Shown in pieces: positions 31,489 through 46,488 of a stretch of DNA of 63,668 nt; the first letter of the stretch is position 1, and each line of letters opens with the position of its first letter. A model generated the notes under the pieces. It worked only from the letters and a program-made list of their open reading frames with translations, did not search any database and was not told the DNA's origin. Source of the DNA: Moraxellaceae bacterium (lineage in GTDB: Bacteria; Pseudomonadota; Gammaproteobacteria; Pseudomonadales; Moraxellaceae); assembly GCA_049655345.1 (NCBI GenBank), contig JBASJP010000151.1:1-63668 (forward strand), read 5' to 3'. Both the position numbers and the translations under genes were made by a program.

Positions 31489-32247
31489 TCAGGCGGGGTT
31501 GTCGATATCCACAAACTGCACATCAATGCCGGTTTCCTGTTGCAGGAACTCCCCCAGCGCCTTGACGCCATAACGCTCGGTGGCGTGGTGACCACAGGCA
31601 AAATAGTGAATGCCGCCCTCTCTCGCTGCATGCACGGTTGGCTCGGAAATCTCGCCACTCAGATAGGCATCGAGACCCAGCGCAATTGCCTGATCAATGT
31701 AGCCTTGTGCCCCACCGGTGCAGAAGCCGACACGCCGGATCTCTACCGGACCCCCTGGAATCAACTGGGGTACGCGCCCCAGCCGGTCGGCAATATGCAA
31801 TGCAAATTCAGTCGGTGACAGGGGGGGCGACAGAACTGCCGTATTGCCGATGCTGCGCGGATTGCCCGGCTCCAGAGGGCCGTCAATCGTCAGCCCCAGC
31901 ACCCGGGCCAACTGTGCGTTGTTGCCAAACTGGGGATGGGCATCCAGCGGCAGGTGGTAGGCCAGCAATGACAGATCGTGGTCCAGCAGCGTTTTCAGGC
32001 GGGCGCGCTTCATGCCGGTGATTCGTGCATCTTCTCCCTTCCAGAAATAACCGTGATGAACAAGGATGGCATCGGCATCACGTTCTACGGCGGCATCGAT
32101 CAGTGCCTGCGATGCAGTGACCCCGGTAACAATCCGGCGTAATGTCTTGCGTCCCTCCACCTGCAGGCCGTTCGGGCAATAGTCATTGAAGCGACCCGGC
32201 TCCAGCGTACGATCCAGCAAAGCGAGTACATCACGCAAAAAAGTCAT
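31489..32247 (-). CDS. NIF3/YbgI-family metal-binding protein (GTP cyclohydrolase I type 2 homologue)
   Basis: ATG 32247 (252 aa). NGLQVEG, ILVHHGYFW and C-terminal FACGHHATE motifs. Confidence 0.9.
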   Translation of the reverse strand: MTFLRDVLALLDRTLEPGRFNDYCPNGLQVEGRKTLRRIVTGVTASQALIDAAVERDADAILVHHGYFWKGEDARITGMKRARLKTLLDHDLSLLAYHLPLDAHPQFGNNAQLARVLGLTIDGPLEPGNPRSIGNTAVLSPPLSPTEFALHIADRLGRVPQLIPGGPVEIRRVGFCTGGAQGYIDQAIALGLDAYLSGEISEPTVHAAREGGIHYFACGHHATERYGVKALGEFLQQETGIDVQFVDIDNPA

Positions 32248-32320
32248 ACAAAACCCGGTCTTGAGAACGAAAGTCAGGCCCCCATAATCTCCCGGGTAAC
32301 ACACACAAGGGAACCCCCGC

Positions 32321-33475
<1,155 letters not shown>

Positions 33476-33485
33476 ACCGGCCGGC

Positions 33486-33519
33486 CATGAAAAAGGCACC
33501 GTCAGGTGCCTTTTTCATG
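33486..33519. terminator. Bidirectional intrinsic terminator between degS and hisC
   Basis: CATGAAAAAGGCACC-GTCA-GGTGCCTTTTTCATG between convergent stops at 33475 and 33525. Confidence 0.8.
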
Positions 33520-33524
33520 CGTCA

Positions 33525-34580
33525 TCAAAGCACTTCTTTCAGCGCCCGTATCAACGCATCGTTCTGCTCCGGGGCACCAATGGTGATGCGCAGGAACTGC
33601 TCGATGCGGGGCGACCGGAAATGCCGCACGATCACGGCACGCTCGCGCAACAGTGCTGCCAGCGCACTGCCCTCACGATCAGGGTGGCGGGCGAAAATGA
33701 AATTGGCCGCCGACGGCAAGACTTCGAAGCCGAGCGCGGCCAGCTCGCCCACCAGCTTCTCGCGGCTCTCGATCACAGCCTGGCAGGTCTGCCTGAAATA
33801 CTCCTGGTCATCGAATGCAGCTGCCGCGCCGACAATCGCCATACGCCCCAGCGGATAGGAGTTGAAGCTGTTCTTGATCCGCTCCAGTGCCTCTATCAGA
33901 TCGGGATGCCCGACCGCCAGACCGACACGCAGGCCTGCCAGTGATCTCGACTTGGACAGCGTCTGTGTCACCAGCAGCTGAGGATACTTCCTGACAAGCG
34001 TGATGGCCGTTTCGCCACCAAAGTCGACATAGGCTTCATCCACCACCACGACCGAGTCGGTATTACGTTGCAGCAGGGACTCAATGGCAGACAAGGGGGT
34101 CAATATGCCGGTAGGTGCATTCGGATTGGGGAAAATGATGCCGCCATTGGGCTGTGCATAATCATCCAGATCAATCTCGTAGTTGGCATTAAGCATGACC
34201 TGCCTGAATGGCACGCCATACAGGCCGCAATAGACCGGATAAAAACTGTAGCTGATATCCGGAAAGAGGATGGGCAGGTCATGTTTCAACAAACCATGAA
34301 ACACATGTGCCAGCACTTCGTCCGACCCGTTGCCGACAAACACATACGACTTCCCGACGCCGTAGTAATCCGCTATCGCCTGCTTGAGCACATCGGCACT
34401 GGGATCGGGATACAGGCGCAAATCGTCATTCAATGCAGCCTGCATGGCAGCAACGGCTTTGGGTGACGGTCCGTAGGGATTCTCGTTGGTATTGAGCTTG
34501 ACGAGGTTGGCAATCTTCGGCTGCTCGCCTGGCACATAAGGCACCAGATCGTTGACGAAGGCACTCCAGAACTTGCTCAT
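33525..34580 (-). CDS. hisC: Histidinol-phosphate aminotransferase
   Basis: ATG 34580 (351 aa). [12 protein letters not shown] and the PLP-lysine motif [14 protein letters not shown]. Confidence 0.93.
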   Translation of the reverse strand: MSKFWSAFVNDLVPYVPGEQPKIANLVKLNTNENPYGPSPKAVAAMQAALNDDLRLYPDPSADVLKQAIADYYGVGKSYVFVGNGSDEVLAHVFHGLLKHDLPILFPDISYSFYPVYCGLYGVPFRQVMLNANYEIDLDDYAQPNGGIIFPNPNAPTGILTPLSAIESLLQRNTDSVVVVDEAYVDFGGETAITLVRKYPQLLVTQTLSKSRSLAGLRVGLAVGHPDLIEALERIKNSFNSYPLGRMAIVGAAAAFDDQEYFRQTCQAVIESREKLVGELAALGFEVLPSAANFIFARHPDREGSALAALLRERAVIVRHFRSPRIEQFLRITIGAPEQNDALIRALKEVL

Positions 34581-34665
34581 GAAATATTCCGTGGCAGGTT
34601 GCTGGAGCGGCCGGCACCTCGAACCGTTTTCACACTGTTCGCAGCGCCAGTCACTCCAGCAGGGA

Positions 34666-35970
34666 TTACTTGATAATGCGGTACTCGGCTGAACGGGCAG
34701 GCGCTTCCAGGCTTTCGCCACGTGCCAGCACCGAGGCCACCTTGCCCAGCACAGAGGCACCCGCCGCAGAGCAGCCGATCAGACTGGTACGCTTCTGGAA
34801 GTCGTAGACACCCAGTGGCGAAGAAAAACGCGCCGTGCCGGACGTTGGCAGTACGTGATTCGGCCCCGCGCAATAATCACCCAGCGCCTCTGGCGTAAAC
34901 CGCCCCATGAAAATGGCACCGGCATGCCGGATGTGCGGCAACAGCGCCTCCGGATTTTCCACGGACAGCTCCAGATGCTCGGGAGCAATGCGGTTGATCA
35001 GTGACAGCGCCTCGTCCTGATCCTGCACCCTTATGAGAGCACCACGATTAGCCAGCGATATGCGGGCAATATCCTGACGCGCCAGCGTCGGCAACAAGCG
35101 CTCGATACTGGCAGCGACGGCATCAAGGAATGCCTCGTCTTCGGACAAGAGGATGGCCTGTGCCTGCTCGTCATGTTCGGCTTGCGAGAACAGGTCCATC
35201 GCAATCCAGTCAGGACTGGTCTTGCCGTCGCAATAGACAAGGATTTCCGAAGGGCCGGCAATCATGTCGATACCCACCTGGCCAAACACCATACGCTTGG
35301 CAGTGGCCACATAAATATTGCCAGGCCCGACAATCTTGTCGACGCGCGGCACGGTAGCGGTACCGTAGGCCAGCGCCGCCACGGCTTGCGCCCCACCGAT
35401 GGTGAACACGCGATCAACGCCGGCCAGACAGGCGGCCGCAAACACAAGCTCGTTCACTTCGCCACGGGGCGTCGGCACCACCATGATGATTTCACGCACA
35501 CCGGCCACTTTTGCCGGCATGGCATTCATCAGCACCGACGACGGATAGGAGGCCTTGCCTCCCGGTACATAGATACCGACACGATCCAGCGGCGTGATTT
35601 GCTGGCCCAGTACCGTGCCGTCGGCCTCGGTGTATTGCCAGGAATCCTGCTTCTGCTTTTCATGATAGGCACGCACACGATCACGTGCCGTGGTGAGTGC
35701 CTCGCGCTGCTCCGCCGGCAAACCATCCAGCGCCTGCTGCAGACGCTTCTGCGAAATTTCCAGATGCACTGCATCAGCGGCATTGAGGCCATCAAACCGA
35801 TTGGTGAACTCCAGCAGGGCGCGGTCGCCCTCGCTGCGCACACGATGGACGATGGTTGTCACTGCATCCTGCACACCGGCATCGCTCACCCCTTCCCAGG
35901 CGAGCAGGGACTCCAGTCGGCGCTCAAAACCGGCAGCCACAGTATCCAGACGAGGAATGAGTTCGCTCAC
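34666..35970 (-). CDS. hisD: Histidinol dehydrogenase
   Basis: 434 aa. SQAEHDE and [13 protein letters not shown] motifs. Confidence 0.97.
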   Translation of the reverse strand: MSELIPRLDTVAAGFERRLESLLAWEGVSDAGVQDAVTTIVHRVRSEGDRALLEFTNRFDGLNAADAVHLEISQKRLQQALDGLPAEQREALTTARDRVRAYHEKQKQDSWQYTEADGTVLGQQITPLDRVGIYVPGGKASYPSSVLMNAMPAKVAGVREIIMVVPTPRGEVNELVFAAACLAGVDRVFTIGGAQAVAALAYGTATVPRVDKIVGPGNIYVATAKRMVFGQVGIDMIAGPSEILVYCDGKTSPDWIAMDLFSQAEHDEQAQAILLSEDEAFLDAVAASIERLLPTLARQDIARISLANRGALIRVQDQDEALSLINRIAPEHLELSVENPEALLPHIRHAGAIFMGRFTPEALGDYCAGPNHVLPTSGTARFSSPLGVYDFQKRTSLIGCSAAGASVLGKVASVLARGESLEAPARSAEYRIIK

Positions 35971-35987
35971 ATCAGACTCCGGTCAAT

Positions 35988-38041
<2,054 letters not shown>

Positions 38042-38290
38042 TCAGGAAAACAACCTGATCTTGCGCCACTCTTCTTTCGTCAGCGTGCGCATGGTCACCG
38101 CATGAATTTCACCGCTAGCAATGTGCGGATTCAACGGGCCATAAACCAGTTGCTGCTTGGCGACCGGGCGCATTCCCTCGAAACGATCCGTCACCACGGT
38201 AACTGTGTACTTGCTGCCCTCACCTTCCACGTGAATTTCCGCATCCGGAATACCCGCTTCAAGCAGCGCCTTGATCTCATCGGCCGTCAT
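38042..38290 (-). CDS. ibaG: BolA-family protein IbaG (YrbA)
   Basis: 82 aa with the BolA fold signature (...VTVVTDRFEGMRPVAKQQLVY...IHAV). Lies between the mla operon and murA as in E. coli. Confidence 0.85.
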   Translation of the reverse strand: MTADEIKALLEAGIPDAEIHVEGEGSKYTVTVVTDRFEGMRPVAKQQLVYGPLNPHIASGEIHAVTMRTLTKEEWRKIRLFS

Positions 38291-38315
38291 ACTTCACTCT
38301 CGAAAAACAAAAAAA

Positions 38316-38612
38316 TCAGACTTCCGGCAGGGCGTCGGCCAGCCCGCTAACCCTGGCAATCGCCCGGCAACGCTCCGGCACGTTCGCCAGCTGCAACTGA
38401 TGCCCGCGTACTGCCGCCGTTCGTGCCCAGCGCAACAATACTGCCACAGTCAGGCTGCTGGCCGAGGTCAGGCCGGTCAGGTCAACGACAACTGCTGTCG
38501 CCGCCTGTTCCAGCACGGTAATGCCTTCGGCACACACGGCATCGGCATTGTCATAGGTAATGGCTCCGCTCAACCTGAGGCAGTTGCCGTCACTGGCCAG
38601 CATGTCACTCAT
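38316..38612 (-). CDS. mlaB: STAS-domain phospholipid-transport accessory protein MlaB
   Basis: 98-aa STAS-like protein; last gene of mlaFEDCB, with a 4-nt overlap with mlaC. Confidence 0.8.
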   Translation of the reverse strand: MSDMLASDGNCLRLSGAITYDNADAVCAEGITVLEQAATAVVVDLTGLTSASSLTVAVLLRWARTAAVRGHQLQLANVPERCRAIARVSGLADALPEV

Positions 38613-39268
38613 TGCTTTGCCGTCTTGTTGGGCTTGCCGGCATCTGCCGAGGAGCCTTCCATCGCCTTGGTATCCGGCGTCCAGCCTGCAATCGCCTTGT
38701 CCAGACTGCCGCGGTTTGCCTCGACTGCCGAGCCAAACTGGTTGCGGAAAGTCAGCCCCAGATTAATTCCGTTCAGGATCAGGTTACGCACCTTCCACTC
38801 ACCGGCCTTGTCTACCTGCATCTGGAACGTCACCGGGTAAATCTGCCCGCTGCTGGCATGCACATCCACATTGACCTGGGCTTTCTGCGGGTCAGGGCCT
38901 GCCTTGTAGGGCTTGAAGACAATCTTCTGGTCTTCATAGGACGTCAGCCCCTTGGCATAGGTACGCACCAGCGACTGCTTGAAGACACGGGTAAACTCTT
39001 TCTGCTGGGCCGGCGTGGCCTGACGGAAATACTGGCCCATGACGCTGCGGGCGATACCGTCGACATCCACATACGGCGTGATGCTCTCGTCGACCAGGCG
39101 ATTCAGCGCCTCAGGATCCTTCTTGAGCACCTCCTTTTCCTTGGTAATACGGGCCAGCAGGGCATTTGTCGCATCCTGCACCACGACCTGCGGATTACCT
39201 GCGGCCGTTGCCATCATCGGCAGGGCCAGCATAAGGACTGCAGTCAGTCGTTGCCAAGCACTCATCAT
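38609..39268 (-). CDS. mlaC: Periplasmic phospholipid-binding protein MlaC
   Basis: ATG 39268 with a GGAG RBS, signal peptide MMSAWQRLTAVLMLALPMMATAAG, and a Toluene_X/MlaC-like body. Confidence 0.88.
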   Translation of the reverse strand: MMSAWQRLTAVLMLALPMMATAAGNPQVVVQDATNALLARITKEKEVLKKDPEALNRLVDESITPYVDVDGIARSVMGQYFRQATPAQQKEFTRVFKQSLVRTYAKGLTSYEDQKIVFKPYKAGPDPQKAQVNVDVHASSGQIYPVTFQMQVDKAGEWKVRNLILNGINLGLTFRNQFGSAVEANRGSLDKAIAGWTPDTKAMEGSSADAGKPNKTAKQ

Positions 39269-39293
39269 ATTCTCCGGGTTGCTCTCACGTGCC

Positions 39294-39800
39294 TCAGAAG
39301 CCGTCATCAACCGCCGCCGGGGCCGAGGCCGGGGCAGCAGGCTCACTGGCCTTGCTGGACAGGAACTTGCCAATCAGATCTTCAAGCACAAGGGACGACT
39401 GTGTCTGTTCGATTTCGTCACCGTTCTTGAGATATGTGTCATCGGCGCCCGGCACGATGCCGATATACTTTTCACCAATCATGCCTGCCGTCAGGATGGA
39501 CGCCACGGCATCGGTATCAATGCTCTTGACCTCGTTGACAATATCCATGGTGACCTTGGCCTGCAGGGTCTTGGGGTCGAGCTCGATCCTGCTGACACGC
39601 CCGATCACCACACCGGCCAGTGTGACCTTGGCCCGGACGCCGAGCCCCCCGGCATTCTGAAAGCGAGCTGTCAGCTGGTAGCTGGCCTTGCCGGCTTCTT
39701 CGGTCAGGCCACTGACACGAATGGCGAGGAAGAACAGCGCGGCAAAACCGGCCACCAGAAACAGGCCGACCGCCATCTCGATAGTACGTGTACGCATCAA
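39294..39800 (-). CDS. mlaD: MCE-domain protein MlaD
   Basis: N-terminal TM plus an MCE domain ([29 protein letters not shown]). Confidence 0.9.
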   Translation of the reverse strand: MMRTRTIEMAVGLFLVAGFAALFFLAIRVSGLTEEAGKASYQLTARFQNAGGLGVRAKVTLAGVVIGRVSRIELDPKTLQAKVTMDIVNEVKSIDTDAVASILTAGMIGEKYIGIVPGADDTYLKNGDEIEQTQSSLVLEDLIGKFLSSKASEPAAPASAPAAVDDGF

Positions 39801-40576
39801 AATCCTCCGAACATGACAGCGGTGAGCATGAAATCCAGGCCCAGCACCGCCAGCGAGCCATACACCACGGTGCGCGTGGTGGCGCGGGAAATTCCTTCAC
39901 TGGTGGGTTCGCAGTCGTACCCCTGGAATACCGCAATCCAGGTCACGGCCCCGCCGAACACCACGCTCTTGATGATGCCGTTGACAACATCATCGGCGAA
40001 CTCCACGGAGTTCTGCATATTCGACCAGTAGGAACCTTCATAGATCCCCAGCCACTCCACGCCAACGAGCAGCCCACCCAGGATACCGACGGCTGAAAAG
40101 ATCAGGGCCAGCACCGGCATGGAGTAAAAACCGGCCCAGAAACGTGGCGCGACAATGCGGCGCAAGGGGTCAACCCCGATCATTTCCATGCTGGAGAGCT
40201 GTTCGGTTGCTTTCATCAGGCCGATTTCAGCGGTAAGCGCCGAACCGGCACGACCGGCAAACAGCAACGCCGTCACCACCGGTCCCAGCTCGCGCACCAG
40301 CGTCAGTGCAACCATGGTGCCCAGTGCCTGCTCACTGCCGTAATCAATCAGGATGTTATAGCCCTGCAGGCCCAGCACCATGCCGATGAAGAGGCCGGAC
40401 ACCATGATGATGATCAGAGAGAGTACGCCCACGGCATACAACTGCTTGACCAGCAAGGGGAAGCCGGTACGGAGATCAGGCACGGCGACCAGAGCCTGAT
40501 ACAGGAAAACACCTGCGGCCCCTATCTTTTGCACAACCTCAAGGGCCGTCGCCCCCAGACGCTGGATATGCTGCAT
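39797..40576 (-). CDS. mlaE: ABC transporter permease MlaE
   Basis: 259-aa polytopic permease at the expected operon position. Confidence 0.93.
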   Translation of the reverse strand: MQHIQRLGATALEVVQKIGAAGVFLYQALVAVPDLRTGFPLLVKQLYAVGVLSLIIIMVSGLFIGMVLGLQGYNILIDYGSEQALGTMVALTLVRELGPVVTALLFAGRAGSALTAEIGLMKATEQLSSMEMIGVDPLRRIVAPRFWAGFYSMPVLALIFSAVGILGGLLVGVEWLGIYEGSYWSNMQNSVEFADDVVNGIIKSVVFGGAVTWIAVFQGYDCEPTSEGISRATTRTVVYGSLAVLGLDFMLTAVMFGGF

Positions 40577-41406
40577 CAGGAACGATCTCCTTGCGGACGC
40601 AACGCCGCCAGCTCTTCGGCAAAACCAGGTGCAGGATAGCGGAAACGCACCGGGCCATCCGGCTGCCCGCGCAGGAACTGCTGCAGGAACTCCGAGTCTG
40701 ATGCCTGCAGTTCGGCCGGTGTGCCCTGACCGATCACTTTGCCTCCCGCCAGTACGTAGATGTAGTCGGCAATTGAGAGGGTTTCGTGGATGTCATGGGA
40801 GACAATGATCGAGGTCAGCCCCAGCGCCTCGCGCAGGGTACGGATGAGGGTGACCAGCACCCCCATGACGATCGGGTCCTGCCCCGCAAAGGGCTCGTCA
40901 TACATGATGAGTTCGGGATCAAGGGCAATGGCGCGCGCCAGTGCCGCACGGCGGTTCATGCCTCCTGACAGCTCGGCCGGCATGAGGTCTTCCGCACCGC
41001 GCAGACCCACCGACTCCAGCTTCATCAGCACCAACTCGCGCAACAGAGGCTCGGACAGGCGGGTATGGGCACGCAGCGGAAAAGCCACATTTTCGTAGAC
41101 GGACAGGTCGGTAAAGAGGGCGCCCGACTGGAACAGCATGCCCATGGAGGCTCGTGCACGAAACAATTGCTCTCGGCTCATGTCCGGGACATTACGGCCA
41201 TTCACGTGCACCTCGCCCTGATCGGGACGCAACTGGCCACCGATGAAGCGCAACAAGGTGGTCTTGCCGCAGCCGGAGGGACCCATAATGGCCGTCACCT
41301 TGCCGCGGGCAACATTGATGTCGACGCCATCAAAGATGCGTCGGTCACCGCGGGAAAAGACCAGGCTGCGAATTTCGACCAGATTGTCAGGGGCGGCGTC
41401 CGTCAT
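40576..41406 (-). CDS. mlaF: ABC transporter ATPase MlaF
   Basis: Walker [10 protein letters not shown], signature [14 protein letters not shown], Walker B IMYDEP. Start set to ATG 41406 (the ORF-track TTG is at 41427); neither has a good RBS. Confidence 0.92.
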   Translation of the reverse strand: MTDAAPDNLVEIRSLVFSRGDRRIFDGVDINVARGKVTAIMGPSGCGKTTLLRFIGGQLRPDQGEVHVNGRNVPDMSREQLFRARASMGMLFQSGALFTDLSVYENVAFPLRAHTRLSEPLLRELVLMKLESVGLRGAEDLMPAELSGGMNRRAALARAIALDPELIMYDEPFAGQDPIVMGVLVTLIRTLREALGLTSIIVSHDIHETLSIADYIYVLAGGKVIGQGTPAELQASDSEFLQQFLRGQPDGPVRFRYPAPGFAEELAALRPQGDRS

Positions 41407-41561
41407 GAGGGCGTCAGTCCGTATCAAAGTGGGCGCACTATATCACTGTTGGGCGCGCCTGATGAGTTGCGACTCGGTAACCCGCGCTCACACTCCGGCT
41501 GTAGCGCCGGCAGGGTGGAGTGGAGGATAATCGCGTCCTTGACCAAGGAGCATTTCCCGAC

Positions 41562-42533
41562 ATGGCCGATTTCGACTTTATCCGCGCCGGCCAGCGTGTG
41601 ATCAATGTCGAGCAGACTGCGCTCGACAACCTGCTGCCACATATTGATGCCCGCTTCCAGAACGCCTGTGACATCCTGCTCGCCTGCAAGGGCCGTGTCG
41701 TGGTCAGCGGCATGGGCAAGTCCGGCCATATCGGCAACAAGATTGCCGCCACCCTGGCCTCGACCGGCACCCCGGCCTTTTTTGTGCACCCGGGCGAAGC
41801 CAGCCACGGCGACCTGGGCATGATCACGCCACAGGATGTGGTCATTGCCATCTCCAACTCCGGGGAAACCAACGAAATCCTGGCGATTGTGCCTTTGATC
41901 AAGCGCATGCATGCCAAGCTGATCAGCATTACCAACAACAGTCATTCCACGCTGTCGCAGGCTGCCGATGTCAGCCTGGAAATCGGCAAGTCGCCGGAAG
42001 CCTGCCCCCTGGGGCTGGCCCCCACCTCCTCCACCACGGCCACACTGGTCCTGGGTGACGCGCTGGCAGTGGCCCTGCTGGAGGCCCGCGGCTTTACCGC
42101 CGAGGACTTTGCCCTGTCGCACCCGGGCGGCTCGCTGGGTCGCAAACTGCTGTTGCGTGTGCAGGATGTGATGCACAAGGACGAACACGTGCCGGTCGTA
42201 AGCGAGGACACCCTGATTGTTGATGCCCTGATGGAAATCACCAAGAAGGGCCTCGGCATGACGGCCGTGAAAAAAGCGGACGGCTCATTGGCCGGGCTTT
42301 ACACTGATGGTGACTTGCGCCGCAATCTTGATCGCAGGATCGACATACACCAGACCGCCATTCGTGATGTCATGAGCACCGGCTGCACCACTGTAACCGC
42401 CAACCTGCTGGCCGCCGAAGCCTTGGCCGTTATGCAGGAAAAACAGATTAATGGCGTCATTGTGGTTGATGCCGGACAACGCCCGGTCGGTGCACTGAAC
42501 ATGCATGACCTGTTGCGCGCAGGGGTGATGTAA
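41562..42533 (+). CDS. kdsD: Arabinose-5-phosphate isomerase KdsD (SIS + tandem CBS)
   Basis: GMGKSGHIGNKIAATLASTGTPAFFVHPGEASHGDLG plus two CBS domains. ATG 41562 chosen; a GTG at 41520 is possible. Confidence 0.92.
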   Translation: MADFDFIRAGQRVINVEQTALDNLLPHIDARFQNACDILLACKGRVVVSGMGKSGHIGNKIAATLASTGTPAFFVHPGEASHGDLGMITPQDVVIAISNSGETNEILAIVPLIKRMHAKLISITNNSHSTLSQAADVSLEIGKSPEACPLGLAPTSSTTATLVLGDALAVALLEARGFTAEDFALSHPGGSLGRKLLLRVQDVMHKDEHVPVVSEDTLIVDALMEITKKGLGMTAVKKADGSLAGLYTDGDLRRNLDRRIDIHQTAIRDVMSTGCTTVTANLLAAEALAVMQEKQINGVIVVDAGQRPVGALNMHDLLRAGVM

Positions 42534-42535
42534 CC

Positions 42536-43063
42536 ATGGATACCGTGATGCAGAAGGCGGCACAGATACGCTTGCTGGCACTGGATGTGGATGGCGTCCT
42601 CACCGATGGGCGTCTTTACTTTGCCGAAGATGGTCAGGAACTGAAAACCTTCGACACTCAGGACGGGCACGGCATCAAGATGCTGCAGCAGTCGGGCGTC
42701 ATCTGCGCCATCATTACCGGCCGCACCACGAAGCTGGTCGAGCGCCGTGCCAAAAACCTCGGCATCGCCCACCTGCTGCAAGGCCGTGAAGACAAACTGG
42801 TGGCACTGCGGGAACTATCGGCAGAGCTCGGCATTGCGCTGGACAACATGGCCTATGTGGGTGATGACTGGCCTGACTTGCCCGCCATCCGCGCCGCCGG
42901 ACTGGGCGTGGCTGTGGCCAATGCCCACAACGAACTGCACACACACGCCGACTACGTAACCCGTCTGGAGGGCGGTCGTGGTGCCGTGCGCGAAGTATGC
43001 GACCTGCTGCTCAAGGCACAACACACTTATGACGCGGCGCTGGCGCCGTATCTGGAACACTGA
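42536..43063 (+). CDS. kdsC: KDO 8-phosphate phosphatase
   Basis: HAD motif I LALDVDGVLTDG; 175 aa. Confidence 0.93.
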   Translation: MDTVMQKAAQIRLLALDVDGVLTDGRLYFAEDGQELKTFDTQDGHGIKMLQQSGVICAIITGRTTKLVERRAKNLGIAHLLQGREDKLVALRELSAELGIALDNMAYVGDDWPDLPAIRAAGLGVAVANAHNELHTHADYVTRLEGGRGAVREVCDLLLKAQHTYDAALAPYLEH

Positions 43064-43068
43064 CCCGA

Positions 43069-43638
43069 ATGGATGCCCGCAATATTCTCAGCGTAGCCGG
43101 TGTACTGCTCGTTCTGGGCGGTGTCGGCTATTACTGGGGGCTGGGTCGCCCCCAGCCGTTGCGGACAGCCACCGAAGAAACACGGCGCCCGGACTATGAG
43201 GCAGGCAACATCCTGTTCATGGAAAGCGGCAAGGACGGCAAATTGTCACGCCGTCTGGAGGCACCATCCTTGCGCCACTTCAGCTCACCCGATGATCAGG
43301 CAGAAATAGACAACCCCGTCATGCGGCTCTATGCCGATGGCCGCGAAGCATGGACGCTTCAGGCTGCACGGGGCGTCAGCCTCCAGGGTGGCAAGGAGAT
43401 CCGGCTGGATGGCGGCGTCATCGCCGAGCGACGTGACCCCGAAGCAGTTCCGCTTAGCTTTACCACTCCCTCACTGACCAGTTGGCCAGATGAGGAACGC
43501 CTGCAAAGCACCAGCGGCATCCACCTTGTCAGCCCGCAAGGTGAAATTTCCGGCCAGACCCTGCAGGCCAGCCTCCGCACCAGCACCGTGGAAATCAACC
43601 AGAACGTCACAGGAACCTATGCTCCCGCGCGCCATTAA
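43069..43638 (+). CDS. lptC: LPS export protein LptC
   Basis: N-terminal TM anchor with an OstA-like beta-jellyroll; kdsC-lptC-lptA-lptB order. Confidence 0.85.
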   Translation: MDARNILSVAGVLLVLGGVGYYWGLGRPQPLRTATEETRRPDYEAGNILFMESGKDGKLSRRLEAPSLRHFSSPDDQAEIDNPVMRLYADGREAWTLQAARGVSLQGGKEIRLDGGVIAERRDPEAVPLSFTTPSLTSWPDEERLQSTSGIHLVSPQGEISGQTLQASLRTSTVEINQNVTGTYAPARH

Positions 43639-44137
43639 ATACCTGACCATCCTTGGTCTTTGCATTGCATCAGCCGCCTTCGGTCTGCCAACCGATCGCG
43701 ACCAGCCACTGCAGGTCGCTGCCGACAATGCCCATTTTGACGAAAAAACCGGGATTGCAACGTACCGGGGGTCTGTCGTGATTCGCCAGGGCACACTCGA
43801 ACTTCGTTCCGATGAACTGGTCATCAACGTCGACAAGCAGGGCAATGTCACCAAAACAGCTGCGCGCGGAAAACCGGCCCGCTACCAGCAACAGGTTGAC
43901 CCGAAAAAAGGGCTGGTCTCGGCCGAGGCAACGCGCATTGATTACGACCTGAAAAACGAAGTCATCACACTTAGCGGTCAGGCCCGCTTGCGGCAGGACG
44001 GTGCCAGCTTCCAGGGCGCCACCATCACCTACGCCATCGCCCGTCAGCAAGTCGACGCCAAGGGCGATGCCAGCAACCGTGTACAACTGGTCCTGCCACC
44101 GCAACCGCGTGCGCCACGCAAGGACGCCCGACCATGA
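43619..44137 (+). CDS. lptA: Periplasmic LPS export protein LptA
   Basis: ATG 43619 (AGGAA RBS), signal peptide, and [20 protein letters not shown] (OstA N-terminal motif). Confidence 0.88.
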   Translation: MLPRAIKYLTILGLCIASAAFGLPTDRDQPLQVAADNAHFDEKTGIATYRGSVVIRQGTLELRSDELVINVDKQGNVTKTAARGKPARYQQQVDPKKGLVSAEATRIDYDLKNEVITLSGQARLRQDGASFQGATITYAIARQQVDAKGDASNRVQLVLPPQPRAPRKDARP

Positions 44138-44859
44138 CGACATTGCAGGTCAACGGCCTGGCCAAGGCCTACAAGGGTCGCCAGGTCGTCAAAAGTGTCT
44201 CGCTTTCGGTGGAGAGCGCGCAGATTGTCGGCCTGCTTGGCCCTAACGGGGCAGGCAAGACTACGAGCTTTTACATGATTGTCGGACTGGTGCCGATGGA
44301 TGCCGGCCACATCATGATTGATGCCGAGGACATCTCTCACCTGCCCATGCATGGTCGTGCCCGCAAGGGCATCGGCTACCTGCCGCAGGAAGCATCGATC
44401 TTCCGCAAGCTGTCGGTAGAGCAGAACATCATGGCCATTCTGGAAACCCGCACCGACCTCGACAAGGCCGCCCGCCAGGCCAAGCTGGAATCACTGCTGA
44501 ACGAGTTTCACATCACCCATATCCGCAAGAACCTGGGCATGAGCCTGTCGGGTGGTGAACGTCGTCGTGCCGAGATTGCGCGTGCCCTGGCCACCGAGCC
44601 CCATTTCATCCTGCTGGATGAACCGTTTGCCGGGGTAGACCCGATTTCCGTGGCGGACATCAAGAGCATCATCACCCACCTCAAGGAACGCGGCATTGGC
44701 GTACTCATTACTGACCACAATGTGCGGGAGACGCTGGATATCTGTGAAAAGGCCTATATCGTCAGTGCCGGCACCCTGATTGCCGCCGGCACTCCAGAGG
44801 ACATCATGGCCAATGACATGGTGCGCAAGGTGTATCTGGGCGATCAGTTCAGCCTGTAA
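44134..44859 (+). CDS. lptB: LPS export ABC ATPase LptB
   Basis: GPNGAGKTT and [15 protein letters not shown]; 241 aa. Confidence 0.97.
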   Translation: MTTLQVNGLAKAYKGRQVVKSVSLSVESAQIVGLLGPNGAGKTTSFYMIVGLVPMDAGHIMIDAEDISHLPMHGRARKGIGYLPQEASIFRKLSVEQNIMAILETRTDLDKAARQAKLESLLNEFHITHIRKNLGMSLSGGERRRAEIARALATEPHFILLDEPFAGVDPISVADIKSIITHLKERGIGVLITDHNVRETLDICEKAYIVSAGTLIAAGTPEDIMANDMVRKVYLGDQFSL

Positions 44860-44976
44860 ATGTCGCCATCCGCACACTTTAGGCCCACTTCTTGCTAGGG
44901 CTGCAATCGCGACTGCGTTATAATTATCGCTCATCGCCGGATTCTCCCTGATCCGGCAGGGGGAGTCGCTGTATCC

Positions 44977-46488
44977 ATGAAGCCCACACTGCAATTACAG
45001 ATAGGCCAGCACCTGGCCATGACGCCACAACTGCAACAGGCCATCCGCCTGCTGCAGTTGTCGACGCTGGAGTTGCAGCAGGAAATCCAGGAAGCCCTCG
45101 ACGCCAATCCCATGCTGGAAAACGCTGATGACGACGGCGAACCGGCAGAACCGATTGATGACACCCCGATTGACTACGCGGCTGCAGAAGCCCTGCTGGC
45201 GCGGGAATCCGCTGACCCGGCCGAGGGCAATGACGAGCCTTCCGCTCTCGATATAAACCTCAACGAATCCATGCCGGACGAGCTGCCGGTAGACTCCCTC
45301 TGGGAAGACGTCTTCAGCAGTGGCGGCAACACCCCGGCGGGCAGCGCCGACGATGACGAGAACCCGTTCGAGTCGCGCAATGCCGCGCCGGAGACACTGG
45401 CAGACCACCTGGCCTGGCAGCTCAACCTGACCCCGTTTTCAGACCTGGACCGTGCCATCGGGCATGTGATCCTGGATGCGATTGATGAGCGTGGCTACCT
45501 GACAGTCCCTCTCGACGACATCCTTGCCGCCGTGACTGATCCGGACGACCCCGATGCCGTGGAAATGGACGAAGTGGAAGCAGTCCTGCACCGCATCCAG
45601 CAGTTCGATCCACCCGGCGTGGCCGCCCGTGACCTACGTGAATGCCTGTTGATCCAGCTGCGCCAGTTGCCGGAAACCCTCGCCTCCCGCGAGGATGCAA
45701 TCAGGGTTGTACGTGACCATCTGGAGTTGCTCGCCAGCCGTGACTTCACCAGCCTGATGCGCAAGCTCAAGCTCTCCGAAGACGGACTCAAGGCCGCCAT
45801 CAGCCTGATCCAGTCACTCAACCCGAATCCGGGCGGGCGCATCAGCCACACCAGTGAAACCGAGTATGTGACGCCCGACATCATTGTGCGGCGACTGCAT
45901 CAGCGCTGGACCGTCGAGCTGAATCCGGAAACCGCACCGAAACTGCGAGTGAATGCCAACTATGCCTCCCTGGTGCGACGCGCCGACTCCAGCGCCGACA
46001 ACACCTACCTGCGCGACAACCTGCAGGAAGCCCGCTGGTTCATCAAGAGCCTGCTGAGCCGCAACGAAACCCTGCTCAAGGTTGCCACCTGCATTGTCGA
46101 GCACCAGCGCGGCTTTCTCGAGCATGGTCCTGAGGCCATGAAGCCGTTGGTACTGCGCGACGTTGCCGACGAAGTAGGGATGCATGAATCAACCATCTCA
46201 CGCGTGACAACCCAGAAGTTCATGCACACCCCGCGCGGTGTATTCGAACTGAAATTCTTTTTTTCCAGCCATGTTGGCACCACTGGCGGCGGCGAAGCCT
46301 CCAGCACGGCCATTCGCGCCATGATCAAAAAGCTGGTCAGCCAGGAGAGCCCCAAAAAGCCCCTCTCGGACAACAAGATTGCTGACCTCCTGCTGGAGCA
46401 GGGCATCGAGGTAGCGCGACGCACCATCGCCAAATACCGCGAGTCACTGAACATCCCCCCGTCAAACGAGCGCAAGCAGTTACTCTGA
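44977..46488 (+). CDS. rpoN: RNA polymerase sigma-54 factor
   Basis: Gln/Leu-rich region I ([33 protein letters not shown]), an acidic region II, and the C-terminal RpoN box [10 protein letters not shown]. Confidence 0.97.
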   Translation: MKPTLQLQIGQHLAMTPQLQQAIRLLQLSTLELQQEIQEALDANPMLENADDDGEPAEPIDDTPIDYAAAEALLARESADPAEGNDEPSALDINLNESMPDELPVDSLWEDVFSSGGNTPAGSADDDENPFESRNAAPETLADHLAWQLNLTPFSDLDRAIGHVILDAIDERGYLTVPLDDILAAVTDPDDPDAVEMDEVEAVLHRIQQFDPPGVAARDLRECLLIQLRQLPETLASREDAIRVVRDHLELLASRDFTSLMRKLKLSEDGLKAAISLIQSLNPNPGGRISHTSETEYVTPDIIVRRLHQRWTVELNPETAPKLRVNANYASLVRRADSSADNTYLRDNLQEARWFIKSLLSRNETLLKVATCIVEHQRGFLEHGPEAMKPLVLRDVADEVGMHESTISRVTTQKFMHTPRGVFELKFFFSSHVGTTGGGEASSTAIRAMIKKLVSQESPKKPLSDNKIADLLLEQGIEVARRTIAKYRESLNIPPSNERKQLL